A stretch of 64,000 nucleotides of DNA from Candidatus Babeliales bacterium (GCA_963722255.1 CAVRJO010000001.1:768001-832000); one strand, 5' to 3'. Counted from the first letter of the stretch, positions 38,973 to 49,903 are shown. Notes: generated by a model from the sequence alone, not told the origin. A program made the numbers and translations.

Positions 38973-39473
38973 ATGAAGAAAGGGTCTACAATGAAAAGAA
39001 TAGTAACCGTTGTAGGAATCTTTATGAGTTTTATAGCAGCTTCTCATGCTATGGAAGAAGGAACAGGAAACTCTTTAACCGCATCTACCGATTGGGAAAT
39101 AGTTGGACAAAAAAATCAACCGTTACCGGAAATCTTTGAGCAAATCCCTCCAACCATTATTGTCAGTCATGGTCTTACAACTGATACAGCACCACAAAAT
39201 GAAGGTGAGAATGGACCCCAGAAAGAAGAAAAAGCCGATCATCAACAATTAATTCAAGAACCACAAATAGCTGATATTCATAGTGAACTATCTGTACCCA
39301 AATCTCACTATCGCATTCCTCCTTTAAAAGACCTTTATCAAAGCATCTTAGCAACTATCACCGGTAATCCATGGTATCAGAATAGGACAGCTCGCTATTC
39401 ATTGCTTGCCGGAACTGGAACCATTACCATTACCATTGGTGCTTTGGGATATTTTTATCTTTATAAGAAGTAA
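38973..39473 (+). CDS. Secreted protein with C-terminal tail anchor
   Basis: SHA-MEE; ends LLAGTGTITITIGALGYFYLYKK. Confidence 0.75.
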   Translation: MKKGSTMKRIVTVVGIFMSFIAASHAMEEGTGNSLTASTDWEIVGQKNQPLPEIFEQIPPTIIVSHGLTTDTAPQNEGENGPQKEEKADHQQLIQEPQIADIHSELSVPKSHYRIPPLKDLYQSILATITGNPWYQNRTARYSLLAGTGTITITIGALGYFYLYKK

Positions 39474-39595
39474 CACAATACAATTAATTTAAATAGAATA
39501 TAAATATAGGCGCTTGAACTTATTTTTATGTATGATATACTTAATTTTACTAGCATAGTATCTAATTTATAAACTAGTAATTAAATGGGGTTATC

Positions 39596-40312
39596 GTGGT
39601 TATTAAAAATATTCAAAAAGCTTTGCTTATCTCTTCTTTTTTTATAGGCATTAATGCATTTTCTTCATCACAAGCATTAGATCTAAATTCATTTAAAAAC
39701 CAGCCTACTTATACAGCAACTCAAATAACTGCTTGTTCTATTGGCATCTTCCTTGCATGCGAATTCATGCTATTTTCCTATAACAAAATTTCCGAATATA
39801 TTGAAAACAAAATCGTCAATGCCATTGCAGATTCAATTATTTTAGCTGTTACACCACCTTCGCATCTTTCAACAAGATTAACAGAAGTTGATTACGCAAA
39901 AGCTTTACAAAAAAAAGCACGTTTGATTGTACTACGCAATAAGGTGCTTAAGGATCTAGTAATAGCCCTTAAAGATACTCATAATTTTTCTGTTGACCAC
40001 AAAAATGCTCTGCAAGGACAACTAAGAGCAGCGATAACATTCTTTTCAAGCATTGACCGTATACGCCAACAAAATCCCTATGAAAAAGAGTATAGTTTAT
40101 CGTTCTTAGATAGATATATAGCTAATCAAATTGTTTCTTCTTGCATTCTTTTGGCAAAACCAGATGCTGAATGTACCTCTAAAGAGCTTCAAGAAAAAAA
40201 GTCAAAAGTTACTCGAAGGAATAAAGTCATCGAAGAATTAAAGCTTAGAGCTTGTGAACATATTTTTTTTAGCACAATTAACATGATAGATCTATTTATA
40301 GCGCCATTATAA
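39596..40312 (+). CDS. Secreted/membrane hypothetical protein with an internal duplication
   Basis: Signal peptide; IENKIVNA..LQKKARLIVLRNKVL vs IANQIVSS..LQEKKSKVTRRNKVI. Confidence 0.65.
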   Translation: MVIKNIQKALLISSFFIGINAFSSSQALDLNSFKNQPTYTATQITACSIGIFLACEFMLFSYNKISEYIENKIVNAIADSIILAVTPPSHLSTRLTEVDYAKALQKKARLIVLRNKVLKDLVIALKDTHNFSVDHKNALQGQLRAAITFFSSIDRIRQQNPYEKEYSLSFLDRYIANQIVSSCILLAKPDAECTSKELQEKKSKVTRRNKVIEELKLRACEHIFFSTINMIDLFIAPL

Positions 40313-42517
40313 TGTCTCAACCAAATTCTTTGTCGGCCGCAATTCTTTACTTTGTGCATGTTCTTCAAAACCAAGCTTAATAATAAGATCAATAAAATCC
40401 ATTGGCTTAATACCAACTTCAGCAGCCTGATGAAAAATGCAGGTAGCAGGGGTCATGCCGGGCAGCGTATTAATTTCTAAGGTAACAACTCGTTGACGAC
40501 CGGTAGGGCTTTGCTGTTCATTTTGGTAAAAACAGTCAATGCGTGCATAACCTTTTGCTCCAACTGCTTTATAAATCTTTTCCATTGTTGTTTGTACAAA
40601 TCGCAAAGCTTCTGAGGGAAGATTGGCAGGGGTTTGGTTTTCACCGGCTCCGGGTAAAAACTTTTCCTCAATTGATAAAATATCGTGCTGGGCAATGGCT
40701 TGACTTGGTGGTAATGCACGGACTTCATGGTTACCAATAACACCAACAGTTAACTCAGTTCCTTTAATAAGTTCTTCAACTAAAAGATGCGATTTTTTTG
40801 TTGTTGCAAAAGTTGTCGTAACAAACTCAGCAAGCTCTTCAAGAGATTCTGCTTTAGCAACCAAAACACTACACCCATCATCATGAGGTTTTATAATACA
40901 GGGGAATATAATCTTTGCTGCAATCTGATCGAGAATTTCTTGTTTGGCAACAAACCAATCTTGTGCAGAAATAAATACCGAATCGGGAACATCAAAGCCT
41001 TCTGAGCGCAAAAAAGCATTTGTTTCATATTTATTCATACATAATGCGCTCGCGAGCACCCCTGAACCATTATAGGCAATCCCAAGCATTTCTAGTGTAC
41101 CCTGAATGCAGCCATTTTCTCCTTCTCCACCATGTAAACCGATAAATGCAAAATCGATAAGCTGTGGTAAGTCATTCCATGGCACCAACGTTGCTTGACT
41201 CAAATCATTTTCAATCTCTTTAGTTGAATTGCGCACTAAAATCTTTTCATCAATCTGATAAAGTTCTAATGAACTTGTTACAAAAAGCGCAATGGGTTCA
41301 TACGATTCGGGTGATAATTTATACAGAATATTACGACCCGATTCTAACGAAATCTCCTTTTCATTGGAACGTCCGCCAAGCAGAACACCGATTCGTTTTT
41401 TTTGCACATTACTTTGCATAGTTTTACCTTGTTGTAAAGGAAGCATAAAATCTGAATGTGTATGTCGTAACTCATTTTCTATCAAATAATTAATAACCTG
41501 CGTATGATTCATATTTATTTCAGCAGCTTGACGAAATAAAAAACTTGAAGGACTCATACCTGAAAGACTATTGGGATCAATAATAACAACATCGCCAGTG
41601 GGCGTTAAAAAACCGTCAATACGCGCCATGGTTAAATGCAATGCACGCATAACTTCTAAACAGGTCTGTTGTATTTTTGTAATTGATTCATTGCTACACC
41701 GCGCCGGTGTAAATTTTGTTGCTCTTCCCGGCATATATTTTTGATCATAATCGAATATATCTGATTCAGGAATAACTTCTGTTGGCGGTAAAACTAGATA
41801 ATCATTATGCTCTAAATTGCCAAGTATAATACACGCAAACTCCATGCCTTCTATTTTTTGCTCGATTACGACATCTTGCATACGTCGCTCATCAATGATT
41901 GCCGCTTTATGAACTGCAGATAGGAGTTCATCCAATGTTTGTACAAGTGATACGCCAAGACTTGAGCCTTCAAGCGCCGGTTTTACAACAAGAGGAAAAT
42001 GAAGTGAATATTCATCAAGTCGCTTTTTAAGAAATTCCCTTGAAAGTTTAGTAGATTCTGATGAAGCAATGGTCAAACCAGAAGCAACTTGAATACCACG
42101 ATGCTCTAAAAACTTTTTTTGCATCACTTTATTCATCGAAAGAGAGCTACCAAAAACCTTTGAGCCCAAATAGGGAATTTGCAATACCTCTAAAAATCCC
42201 TGCAATGTGCCATCTTCAGCGTAAGCACCATGCAATGCAATATAAACAAAATCAACGATTTTTTTTAAATCATCCCATCGTAATTTCTGCGCTTCTGTTG
42301 CTAAGCGATGCTCAAAATCAGTAATTTTACCGCGATATAAAAATCTCCATGGTAGCTCATATAAAATTCCATTGTGCGTTTGAAAGATGGGAATAATCTC
42401 ATAACGCGATGTATCAAGATGATCACAAATTGTTCTGCCGGAATTAAATGAAACTTCTCGCTCTATAGATTTACCACCCATTAAAACGCCAACACGAATT
42501 TTTTGCATAGATACCAC
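40307..42517 (-). CDS. ddl: Tandem double-domain D-alanine--D-alanine ligase
   Basis: Two ATP-grasp units: GGKSIEREVS/LHGAYAEDG/KPALEGSS and GGRSNEKEIS/LHGGEGENG/EINTLPGM. Confidence 0.92.
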   Translation of the reverse strand: MVSMQKIRVGVLMGGKSIEREVSFNSGRTICDHLDTSRYEIIPIFQTHNGILYELPWRFLYRGKITDFEHRLATEAQKLRWDDLKKIVDFVYIALHGAYAEDGTLQGFLEVLQIPYLGSKVFGSSLSMNKVMQKKFLEHRGIQVASGLTIASSESTKLSREFLKKRLDEYSLHFPLVVKPALEGSSLGVSLVQTLDELLSAVHKAAIIDERRMQDVVIEQKIEGMEFACIILGNLEHNDYLVLPPTEVIPESDIFDYDQKYMPGRATKFTPARCSNESITKIQQTCLEVMRALHLTMARIDGFLTPTGDVVIIDPNSLSGMSPSSFLFRQAAEINMNHTQVINYLIENELRHTHSDFMLPLQQGKTMQSNVQKKRIGVLLGGRSNEKEISLESGRNILYKLSPESYEPIALFVTSSLELYQIDEKILVRNSTKEIENDLSQATLVPWNDLPQLIDFAFIGLHGGEGENGCIQGTLEMLGIAYNGSGVLASALCMNKYETNAFLRSEGFDVPDSVFISAQDWFVAKQEILDQIAAKIIFPCIIKPHDDGCSVLVAKAESLEELAEFVTTTFATTKKSHLLVEELIKGTELTVGVIGNHEVRALPPSQAIAQHDILSIEEKFLPGAGENQTPANLPSEALRFVQTTMEKIYKAVGAKGYARIDCFYQNEQQSPTGRQRVVTLEINTLPGMTPATCIFHQAAEVGIKPMDFIDLIIKLGFEEHAQSKELRPTKNLVETL

Positions 42518-42602
42518 GTTAGTTATTTCAGTTTTTTTGTTAAAATCATTGGCTTCAGTGTATAACTTTTTTTACGGTGTATCAAAAATCAAATCCTTGT
42601 TA

Positions 42603-43298
42603 CTAATTACTATTTTTACTATTTTTAATTTCGTTCTGATATTCACTATAGGCTTCTACCGCTAGTCGATTAAGCTCTATCATATGAACCTTTTTTCTTT
42701 TTAATATTTCTTTAACTTTTTCATTTGATTCCAACTTAATCGAATTATCAATAATTTTTATCATTACATTATTTGTATTGTTGTTTATATATAAATGATG
42801 CCTTAGAAATGGCCAAGCAAAACTAGGAAGCTCTGTTATAAACTCAATAGTGTAAATAATTGTAGTCAAATCTATTGCGACTTGTTTTAAATTTTCTTGG
42901 CATTTTTTTGAATATAGCAATGCTTCAAATGTAAGAAGCAGCACTTCCCGTACATTATTTTCACAAGACTTTGCATATTTTTCACCAAGTTTGGCACCAA
43001 TCTCATCAACATGCCTTGTAACGCTCGACCAAGCATTAAACAGTTCCTTTAAATCGTCAGTTTTCAATATCTCCACAAACTTGCTTGTGTCTTGATACAA
43101 TTGCTCTTTATTTTCCATTGCCTGTAACAAACTGAAAAAATTCAAAATAAAAACGGCAGATACCAAAATTCGTTTCATAAATTTCCTTTGTAAAATAGTT
43201 TTACAATATAAACATATATAGTATAGCATGCAGAATTCGTTATGATAATTATTTTTTAATAAAATATGATTTTTTGGGAAAATAGCTTTTTTATTCAC
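42603..43298 (-). CDS. Secreted hypothetical protein (likely start MKRILV, 43178)
   Basis: Signal peptide LQA-MEN. Confidence 0.7.
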   Translation of the reverse strand: MNKKAIFPKNHILLKNNYHNEFCMLYYICLYCKTILQRKFMKRILVSAVFILNFFSLLQAMENKEQLYQDTSKFVEILKTDDLKELFNAWSSVTRHVDEIGAKLGEKYAKSCENNVREVLLLTFEALLYSKKCQENLKQVAIDLTTIIYTIEFITELPSFAWPFLRHHLYINNNTNNVMIKIIDNSIKLESNEKVKEILKRKKVHMIELNRLAVEAYSEYQNEIKNSKNSN

Positions 43299-43442
43299 TT
43301 ATTAAAAATAACACACTTTTTTTATGCATAATATCTCAGTCTTTTTCGGTCTATCAAAAATTCTCATAATTTTTTATACTAGCCATCAACAGTTGAATTC
43401 ATATCAGTTTAATGATTTAATGCACATTCAAGGAAAAATAGT

Positions 43443-44675
43443 ATGAAGTTATCATTTATAATATCTCTTTACTCATTAATCTTCATTTTTTCTTCACTAT
43501 TCTGTATGAAAAAAGAAGATCCAAAAATTCCAAAGGTTACCGCGAGCATGCATCTTTCATTTATTGAAGCATTGCTGGCAGGAGGAAATTTTTGTGTTCA
43601 TACCGATTCTGATATGCTGGAATTCAAACATTTTAAAAAAGAAAAACATTTTTTGTTTCCCATCGATGAACTTGAAGCCTTAACAGGAACTGATGATATT
43701 TTTTCTGTAAAAGATCCAACAGCAGGCTCTATTCATCCAAAATTCATCAAACCATATAACGTCATTAAAAAGCTAATGCTTGAAGTGCAGCATAAACGAT
43801 TGTGTGACTTTAATGCAATACAAGATTATTCTTTGCTTGCAGACGATGAAATCAATGTTGTAAGACAACAAAATCGTAAACGATTACAAAAAGCATTATC
43901 GGAAAAAAATAGTGCAAAAATCGCAGAAGCATGTCCTACATTCCTCTGTGAAGGCTATGATTGTTTAATTCAAGAACCAAGACTTAACGGGCATCTTGAA
44001 AAAATTAAAGAACCTTGCTTGATTAGGGAAAAATTTGCAATAAAAATCCCTCATCTTAAATATTTTATATCTTTTTTTGATGCTGCAATTAATAGCCAAA
44101 ATTTCCATATCGATTCTGAAAAACAGACCATACAGTTTAAGCATTTCAAAAAAGATAAACTTCTTATTGCCACCTTATTTGTACATATCGATACTATTCA
44201 TCAACTTTTTGCTGAGAGCATTATTCTTAATGATATTGCTCACTATCTTGAAGCCAACATTTCTTGCAAAAAAGATATCATTCAAAAGTTATCACTTTTA
44301 AAGAAAAGACAAAGAAAAATGTTTATTGCAGTCCTAAGATTGACTCGCTACTTTGAAAAACCTTTTGCCTTTTCTGATAAGCGATCGGAATTAAAAAGAA
44401 AGCTTAAAACCATGACTCCTGAACAACGAGAACTTTTAGATGGATTTAGTAATATCACAAGGAAACAACCCAAAGGTAGTGAAAATAGAAAATTACACGT
44501 ATACGCAGGCGAAGTTGTCAAAAAAATACAAAATCAAGACAAATTCCGCATGGTAATGGATGAAAGAAAAGTTGATCATCTTGCAGAATTAAAACTACCC
44601 CTTGCAATAGAATTCATTCCTTTTCAAGAAGAGTTTGAAGCATTAGAAGCTGAAGTTGAAAAAATTATGCAATAA
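43443..44675 (+). CDS. Secreted hypothetical protein
   Basis: AAGGA RBS; signal peptide LFC-MKK; internal repeat NF.(V/I)....(L/I).FKHFKK(E/D)K. Confidence 0.7.
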   Translation: MKLSFIISLYSLIFIFSSLFCMKKEDPKIPKVTASMHLSFIEALLAGGNFCVHTDSDMLEFKHFKKEKHFLFPIDELEALTGTDDIFSVKDPTAGSIHPKFIKPYNVIKKLMLEVQHKRLCDFNAIQDYSLLADDEINVVRQQNRKRLQKALSEKNSAKIAEACPTFLCEGYDCLIQEPRLNGHLEKIKEPCLIREKFAIKIPHLKYFISFFDAAINSQNFHIDSEKQTIQFKHFKKDKLLIATLFVHIDTIHQLFAESIILNDIAHYLEANISCKKDIIQKLSLLKKRQRKMFIAVLRLTRYFEKPFAFSDKRSELKRKLKTMTPEQRELLDGFSNITRKQPKGSENRKLHVYAGEVVKKIQNQDKFRMVMDERKVDHLAELKLPLAIEFIPFQEEFEALEAEVEKIMQ

Positions 44676-44715
44676 TTTAAATCCAAAATGATTTTGTTTT
44701 AACTCTTCTATCTAT

Positions 44716-46035
44716 TTAATGAAATAATGAATCTTGCAAAGGCTTTGATTCAAAATATTCATGAAAACAAGATGGTAAATCTTTGTAAGAAACTCTTGAT
44801 GTTGCAGAGGTATAGTCATCAGCACAAAAGGTATTCCAAAATAAAATTGTATCATGCTGAGAGCCATTTCTAGAAACATCAGATAATAATCCTGCAAAAG
44901 CCTTACCAGAATAAACACCATCTAAAAGATCTGATTCTTTCTCTCTAAGGAGCTTTATTGCTTCAATGCCTTCTTGTGTAAACAATGCATATCCGTTACC
45001 GGTAAAATCATGCAAAATATTGAGCTCATTTTCATCAAAAGGGAATAAAGCGAACGAAGAATCGGCATTATGCAACAACTCATTTGTTTCTTCAAACAGC
45101 CTCTTTATTTTATCAAGCTGCGCTCTTTGATCTTCAGGCTCCACTGAAATTCCAATTAATTTACTTTTTATGCCTGCAGCTTTTAATCCGAGCAATAAGC
45201 CTACATAGGTGCCACAGCTACCAACAGGAATATAGATTGTAGTGGGCTCTTTGAGCTCATGGTTATCAATCTGCTCTTTAAGTTCAAATGCAGCATTAAC
45301 ATATCCTAAAATTCCCAAAGCGCATGATCCACCTGTAGGAATAACATAAGGAAATTTTCCATGCTCAAGTTTGTGCGCTAAAAAATGATGCGTTGCTGAA
45401 ATAGCTCGTAATTTATTGGTTGGTGCAAAAATCATCGTAGCTTCTGCATCTGCATCCAATAATAAATTTCGCTGCACTACTAATGAGTTTGCTTGAGGCA
45501 AAAGCATCAAAATAGACTGTAATCCAACTTCTTTGGCATACACCGCTGTTGCTAATGCATGATTTGAACCAACGCAGCCAAACGTCATAACTGCATCAGC
45601 CTTTTTTGCAACTGCATTAGCAAGCAAAAATTCCAGTTTGCGTACTTTATTGCCACCAAACAATATTGTCTCTTCGTTTATTTTTTTTCCAGTCAAATCA
45701 TCTCGCTTCATTAAAAGCTCCGCAACTCCCAATTTATTAGCTATGTTTGGATATTGAGTAATTGGCGTCGGTAATGTTGCCAAAGAAGCATATGAAATCG
45801 ATTGAGAAAGTAATGGAAAGTTTTTAAACAAGGGGATAGTTGTTTTCTCTTTCTGATCAAAAATAGGTAATTCTTCATTGTCGGTGGATGCAAGCTTGCT
45901 AAGATCTGCAAAAATTGCTTCAGGTAAAATTGGTAGTAATGCACGTTTCAAATCAGCAATTGCCTGCTGATCATGATTCATGCAGTTTAATGGCATTAAA
46001 AAGAACAATAAAAATCCATATAATAAAGTAAACAT
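44716..46035 (-). CDS. D-cysteine desulfhydrase / ACC deaminase-family PLP enzyme with an N-terminal signal peptide
   Basis: LPTPI, KRDDL, GGNKVRKLEF, SNHA, IPTGGS, LDGVYSGKAF. Confidence 0.88.
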   Translation of the reverse strand: MFTLLYGFLLFFLMPLNCMNHDQQAIADLKRALLPILPEAIFADLSKLASTDNEELPIFDQKEKTTIPLFKNFPLLSQSISYASLATLPTPITQYPNIANKLGVAELLMKRDDLTGKKINEETILFGGNKVRKLEFLLANAVAKKADAVMTFGCVGSNHALATAVYAKEVGLQSILMLLPQANSLVVQRNLLLDADAEATMIFAPTNKLRAISATHHFLAHKLEHGKFPYVIPTGGSCALGILGYVNAAFELKEQIDNHELKEPTTIYIPVGSCGTYVGLLLGLKAAGIKSKLIGISVEPEDQRAQLDKIKRLFEETNELLHNADSSFALFPFDENELNILHDFTGNGYALFTQEGIEAIKLLREKESDLLDGVYSGKAFAGLLSDVSRNGSQHDTILFWNTFCADDYTSATSRVSYKDLPSCFHEYFESKPLQDSLFH

Positions 46036-46197
46036 TTCTTACCTTTCAACAACTCAACAAAAAACCAGACTTACCGTAGTAAACTAAAACAAATATGTCA
46101 ATCAAAAAAAATCTCATCTCTTTATCTTTAGATACTAAATTTGTCACACTATGTGTAATAAACGAAGCGCTACAAATAAAAGGCAAAGGATAAAAAA

Positions 46198-46659
46198 ATG
46201 ATTAGTATGAAAAAAATAATGAGCGTTATTCTTATTATGTTCTTATGTTTTATTCAATTTTCACTACATGCAATGAATGATGAAGCAAAAAAAAGACGTC
46301 GAGAAAACAGGAGAATTAGAAAAATTATACGAGAAAAAAATAAAGAGACTCGTGTCCTAGAGCTTCTTGATCAATGCAAACAGGGCAATAAAAATATACG
46401 AAGCTATAGAGTCAATGAACAGACTCTTGTAAGTTATGATGGTAAAAGCACTCTTATCACAGTCTATGATAAAAAGGGCCAAGCATTACATCGAAGCTTC
46501 AAAGATTATATTAAACTTATGCAAGAAGAAAGCAGCGATGAGGATGAACCTACTATTGACCTTGAATATTCAAATCGTGAAGATGGCCCTACAAGCGAAA
46601 AAGAACAGTGCCTTAAGAAAGACGAGAAATCAAAAAGATGTTGTTGCGTTCTTATTTAA
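46198..46659 (+). CDS. Secreted protein with an NLS-like basic stretch and C-terminal CaaX (KSKRCCCVLI)
   Basis: LHA-MND; KKRRRENRRIRK; terminal CCCVLI. Confidence 0.75.
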   Translation: MISMKKIMSVILIMFLCFIQFSLHAMNDEAKKRRRENRRIRKIIREKNKETRVLELLDQCKQGNKNIRSYRVNEQTLVSYDGKSTLITVYDKKGQALHRSFKDYIKLMQEESSDEDEPTIDLEYSNREDGPTSEKEQCLKKDEKSKRCCCVLI

Positions 46660-46687
46660 GGATTAGAAAAATAATTATAATGGATTA

Positions 46688-47869
46688 TTAATCTTTTATT
46701 ATTCTAGGTAATAAAGGATTGATGCGTGTTACAAATTCATAGTTAATGGTATTGCATTGAGCAGCAAGAGTATCTGCCGTTAATCCATCATAATTTCCCA
46801 GCAAAATAACTTCGTCATTTAGATTGACATTCAATCCAGTTACATCAACCATCATAAGGTTCATAGCAATAGTACCTACCAAAGGTGCACGTTGATTATT
46901 AATGAGAACGAATCCTTTATTTGAAAGCTTTCTATCATAACCATCCCAATAACCGACCGGCAGTGTTGCAATTCGTGATATTTTGGTAACACAATGGGTT
47001 CTATTATATCCAACATAACTTCCTGCAGGAATTTCTTTAAGATGAATAATCTTTGTTTTCCAACTCATAACGGGCTTTAATGAAAAATAATTACCATCAG
47101 CTTGCACTGTTTTTTTATTATCATATGACGGCCATAACCCATACACACCTATTCCAGCACGTGCTAGGGTAAAATAACTTTTGTGATTTACTGTTATTGC
47201 TGCAGAACATGAAGCATGCTTTAAAGGAATTTTGATATTTATTTGTTCTAAAGAATCAACAATTTGTTTAAATCTATCTATTTGCAGATCAGTAAATGTC
47301 TGATCCATCTTTTCAGATTCAGCAAAATGCGTAAAAATTCCTTGTATAGTGATATACTGCAATTGGTGCAGTTCTTGTATAAATGATAGTGCATCATTAT
47401 ACATAACGCCCAATCGCGAAAGCCCAGTATCAACCTTTATATGTATTTTAATTTTTTGCTGTAACTGAGCTCCCATTCTATGTAAAACTATTGCTTGGCA
47501 CCTATCAAAAACAACCAAATCAATATCATGAATAAATGCCTGTTCTAACGCATCATCAATAATGCTTAATACCAGCAAAGGTTTTGTTATACCATATTTT
47601 CGCAATGAAACTGCTTCAGATAAACTTACAGTACAGATATAATCCACATTGCTATTTTTTTGAGCAAGTGCAGCAATGTGATGCATGCCATGTCCGTAGG
47701 CATTACTTTTTATTACAACAGCAAAGAGAGAAGGAGAAACTATTTTTTTATATTGATGAACATTATGATCAAATGCATCTTTATCAATCTCAATCCAGGT
47801 GAGTGGTGATGTTTGCACTTCAAGAACATAAAGTTTTGTAGGTTGTTTTATTATTATTTCGTTGTGCAT
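46688..47869 (-). CDS. alr: Alanine racemase
   Basis: AVVIKSNAYGHG, HIKVDTGLSRLG, GIFTHFA, VGYWDGY, TINYE. Confidence 0.96.
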   Translation of the reverse strand: MHNEIIIKQPTKLYVLEVQTSPLTWIEIDKDAFDHNVHQYKKIVSPSLFAVVIKSNAYGHGMHHIAALAQKNSNVDYICTVSLSEAVSLRKYGITKPLLVLSIIDDALEQAFIHDIDLVVFDRCQAIVLHRMGAQLQQKIKIHIKVDTGLSRLGVMYNDALSFIQELHQLQYITIQGIFTHFAESEKMDQTFTDLQIDRFKQIVDSLEQINIKIPLKHASCSAAITVNHKSYFTLARAGIGVYGLWPSYDNKKTVQADGNYFSLKPVMSWKTKIIHLKEIPAGSYVGYNRTHCVTKISRIATLPVGYWDGYDRKLSNKGFVLINNQRAPLVGTIAMNLMMVDVTGLNVNLNDEVILLGNYDGLTADTLAAQCNTINYEFVTRINPLLPRIIKD

Positions 47870-47909
47870 GGTACTTTTATCTTTTGTTAGGCAATATAAT
47901 CAGAAAAAC

Positions 47910-48026
47910 TGTCATCCTGAGGAACGAAACGAAGTGAAGTGACGTAGAGATCCAGGATCAAACAATAAATCAAATCGGATAACTAATAAACTATTTCTGG
48001 ATTCCTGCGCTTCGCTCAGAATGACA
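47910..48026. repeat. REP/RPE-like palindromic element
   Basis: TGTCATCCTGAG...GATCCAG...CTGGATTC...CTCAGAATGACA. Confidence 0.75.
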
Positions 48027-48064
48027 ACTGTATTTATCGTTTATCACAAGAATAACATCATTGC

Positions 48065-49903
48065 TTATTCTTCGCCATGATTTTGCGTAGCCTGCTTTCT
48101 CCATAAGCGGGCATATAATCCATCCTTTTGTAATAATTCTTGATGAGAGCCTTGTTCAACAATCGAACCATGCTCAACTACAATTATATTATCAGCATGT
48201 GTAACGGTCGAAAGGCGATGTGCAATAATAAGTGTCGTTGATCCTGTGGAAATCTCTTCAAGGTTTTTTTGAATTTCTCGTTCGGTACGCGTATCTAATG
48301 CAGAAGTCGCCTCATCAAATAAATACATAAGTGGTCGCTTCAGGAGAACTCGAGCAATCGCGACGCGTTGTTTTTCTCCTCCTGAAAGTTTAAGACCCCG
48401 TTCTCCCACCATAGTCAACAATCCCTCGGGAAGTTGTTCAATAAAAAGATCTAAATGAGCAAGACGAGCCGCTTCTTCAACTTCTTCTACGGTTGCATCT
48501 GGTCTTCCATATGCAATATTGTAAAATAAACTATTATTAAATAAAACTGTATCTTGAGGAACAATGCCAATCAATTTTTGCAATGATTCTTGGGTCACTA
48601 ACCGAATGTCATGGTTATTAACTAAGATTGCACCTCCTGTTATATCATAAAAACGAAACAAAAGACGCGCTATCGTTGATTTTCCTGAACCACTTGGTCC
48701 TACAATAGCAACACTGGTTCCACGAGGAACTTTAAAAGAAACGTCATTCAAAATCAGTCTATTGGATTCATAACCAAACACAACATGTTTAAATTCTATT
48801 TCTGCATAATCAGAGCGAAGTACAATTGCACCGGGAATATCCTTAATTTCCGGTTTTATATCCAAAAGGCTAAGAACATTCTCCATGTCTGTTAGCCCTT
48901 TACGAATTTTACGCAAAAAATAACCAAACCAACTCAAAGGCTGAACAAATTGTAAAAGATAACTATTGATCAAAATAAAATCACCAACATTCATGGTTCC
49001 TTGTAAAACATTATTACCCGTGATCCAGGTCAAAAGTATAAGTCCTAAACCAATAACGACCCCTTGACCTAAATGAACAGATTCTGAAGTGATATGTTTT
49101 TTGGTTGCGGCATCTTCCGATTCTTGCAATAGTTTATCAGTTTCTTTTACTTCAAACTTTTGATTGCAAAAATATTTGACCGTTTCAAAATTTAACAAAC
49201 TATCAACAATTCGTGCTTGTGCATTAAAATGTTTTTCATTATTGATTCGTTGAGCCAATGCTGACCATTCAGTACCAATTATGCTAAACAGGGTGTAGCA
49301 GACTAAAATTGCAAATAAAATAAGCCCATAGATGCTTCCATAGAGGCTCCATAAGATGGATATTGCAATAAGAACTTCTATAATCGTTGGACCAAGCGAA
49401 AGAAAAATTCCCCAAAATATGTCGGGAAATGAGTCTTGTGCCTTTTCAATAGCACTTGTTATTGCTCCGGTGCGACGATTTAAATGAAATCGCAATGATA
49501 AGGTATGAAAATGCGAAAATATATTAATACTTAATAAATGAATACCATGCTCCATAACCCGAAAAAGAACAATTTCACGTAACTGACTTGTAACTTGCCC
49601 AATTAACCATAAACACCCATAAGAAAGTAACAACATTTGTACATAGTGAACAGGCGCTACCGGAAGAGCAAATAATGAAATTATTTTTTTTAATATGAGA
49701 GGAACGCTTACATTGACAAGCATCGTTACAATAATAAAAAATCCTGATGCAAAAACACGTAAACGAAGCTTCCAGTCTTTAATCCATAAGTAGGGTAACA
49801 AATAGGCAATAATCTCTGATGGACGTCTCGTAACTTTTTGACTTGAATCCTTCATGCAGTTTAAATCCTTATTGGGCAACGATAGTTTTGTTAAGAGTAA
49901 CAA
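48065..49903 (-). CDS. ABC transporter, fused permease/ATPase, ATM1/HMT1 type
   Basis: LSLRFHLNRRTG, DSLLNFETVKYF, GPSGSGKST, LSGGEKQRVAIAR, DEATSALD. Confidence 0.93.
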   Translation of the reverse strand: MLLLTKLSLPNKDLNCMKDSSQKVTRRPSEIIAYLLPYLWIKDWKLRLRVFASGFFIIVTMLVNVSVPLILKKIISLFALPVAPVHYVQMLLLSYGCLWLIGQVTSQLREIVLFRVMEHGIHLLSINIFSHFHTLSLRFHLNRRTGAITSAIEKAQDSFPDIFWGIFLSLGPTIIEVLIAISILWSLYGSIYGLILFAILVCYTLFSIIGTEWSALAQRINNEKHFNAQARIVDSLLNFETVKYFCNQKFEVKETDKLLQESEDAATKKHITSESVHLGQGVVIGLGLILLTWITGNNVLQGTMNVGDFILINSYLLQFVQPLSWFGYFLRKIRKGLTDMENVLSLLDIKPEIKDIPGAIVLRSDYAEIEFKHVVFGYESNRLILNDVSFKVPRGTSVAIVGPSGSGKSTIARLLFRFYDITGGAILVNNHDIRLVTQESLQKLIGIVPQDTVLFNNSLFYNIAYGRPDATVEEVEEAARLAHLDLFIEQLPEGLLTMVGERGLKLSGGEKQRVAIARVLLKRPLMYLFDEATSALDTRTEREIQKNLEEISTGSTTLIIAHRLSTVTHADNIIVVEHGSIVEQGSHQELLQKDGLYARLWRKQATQNHGEE

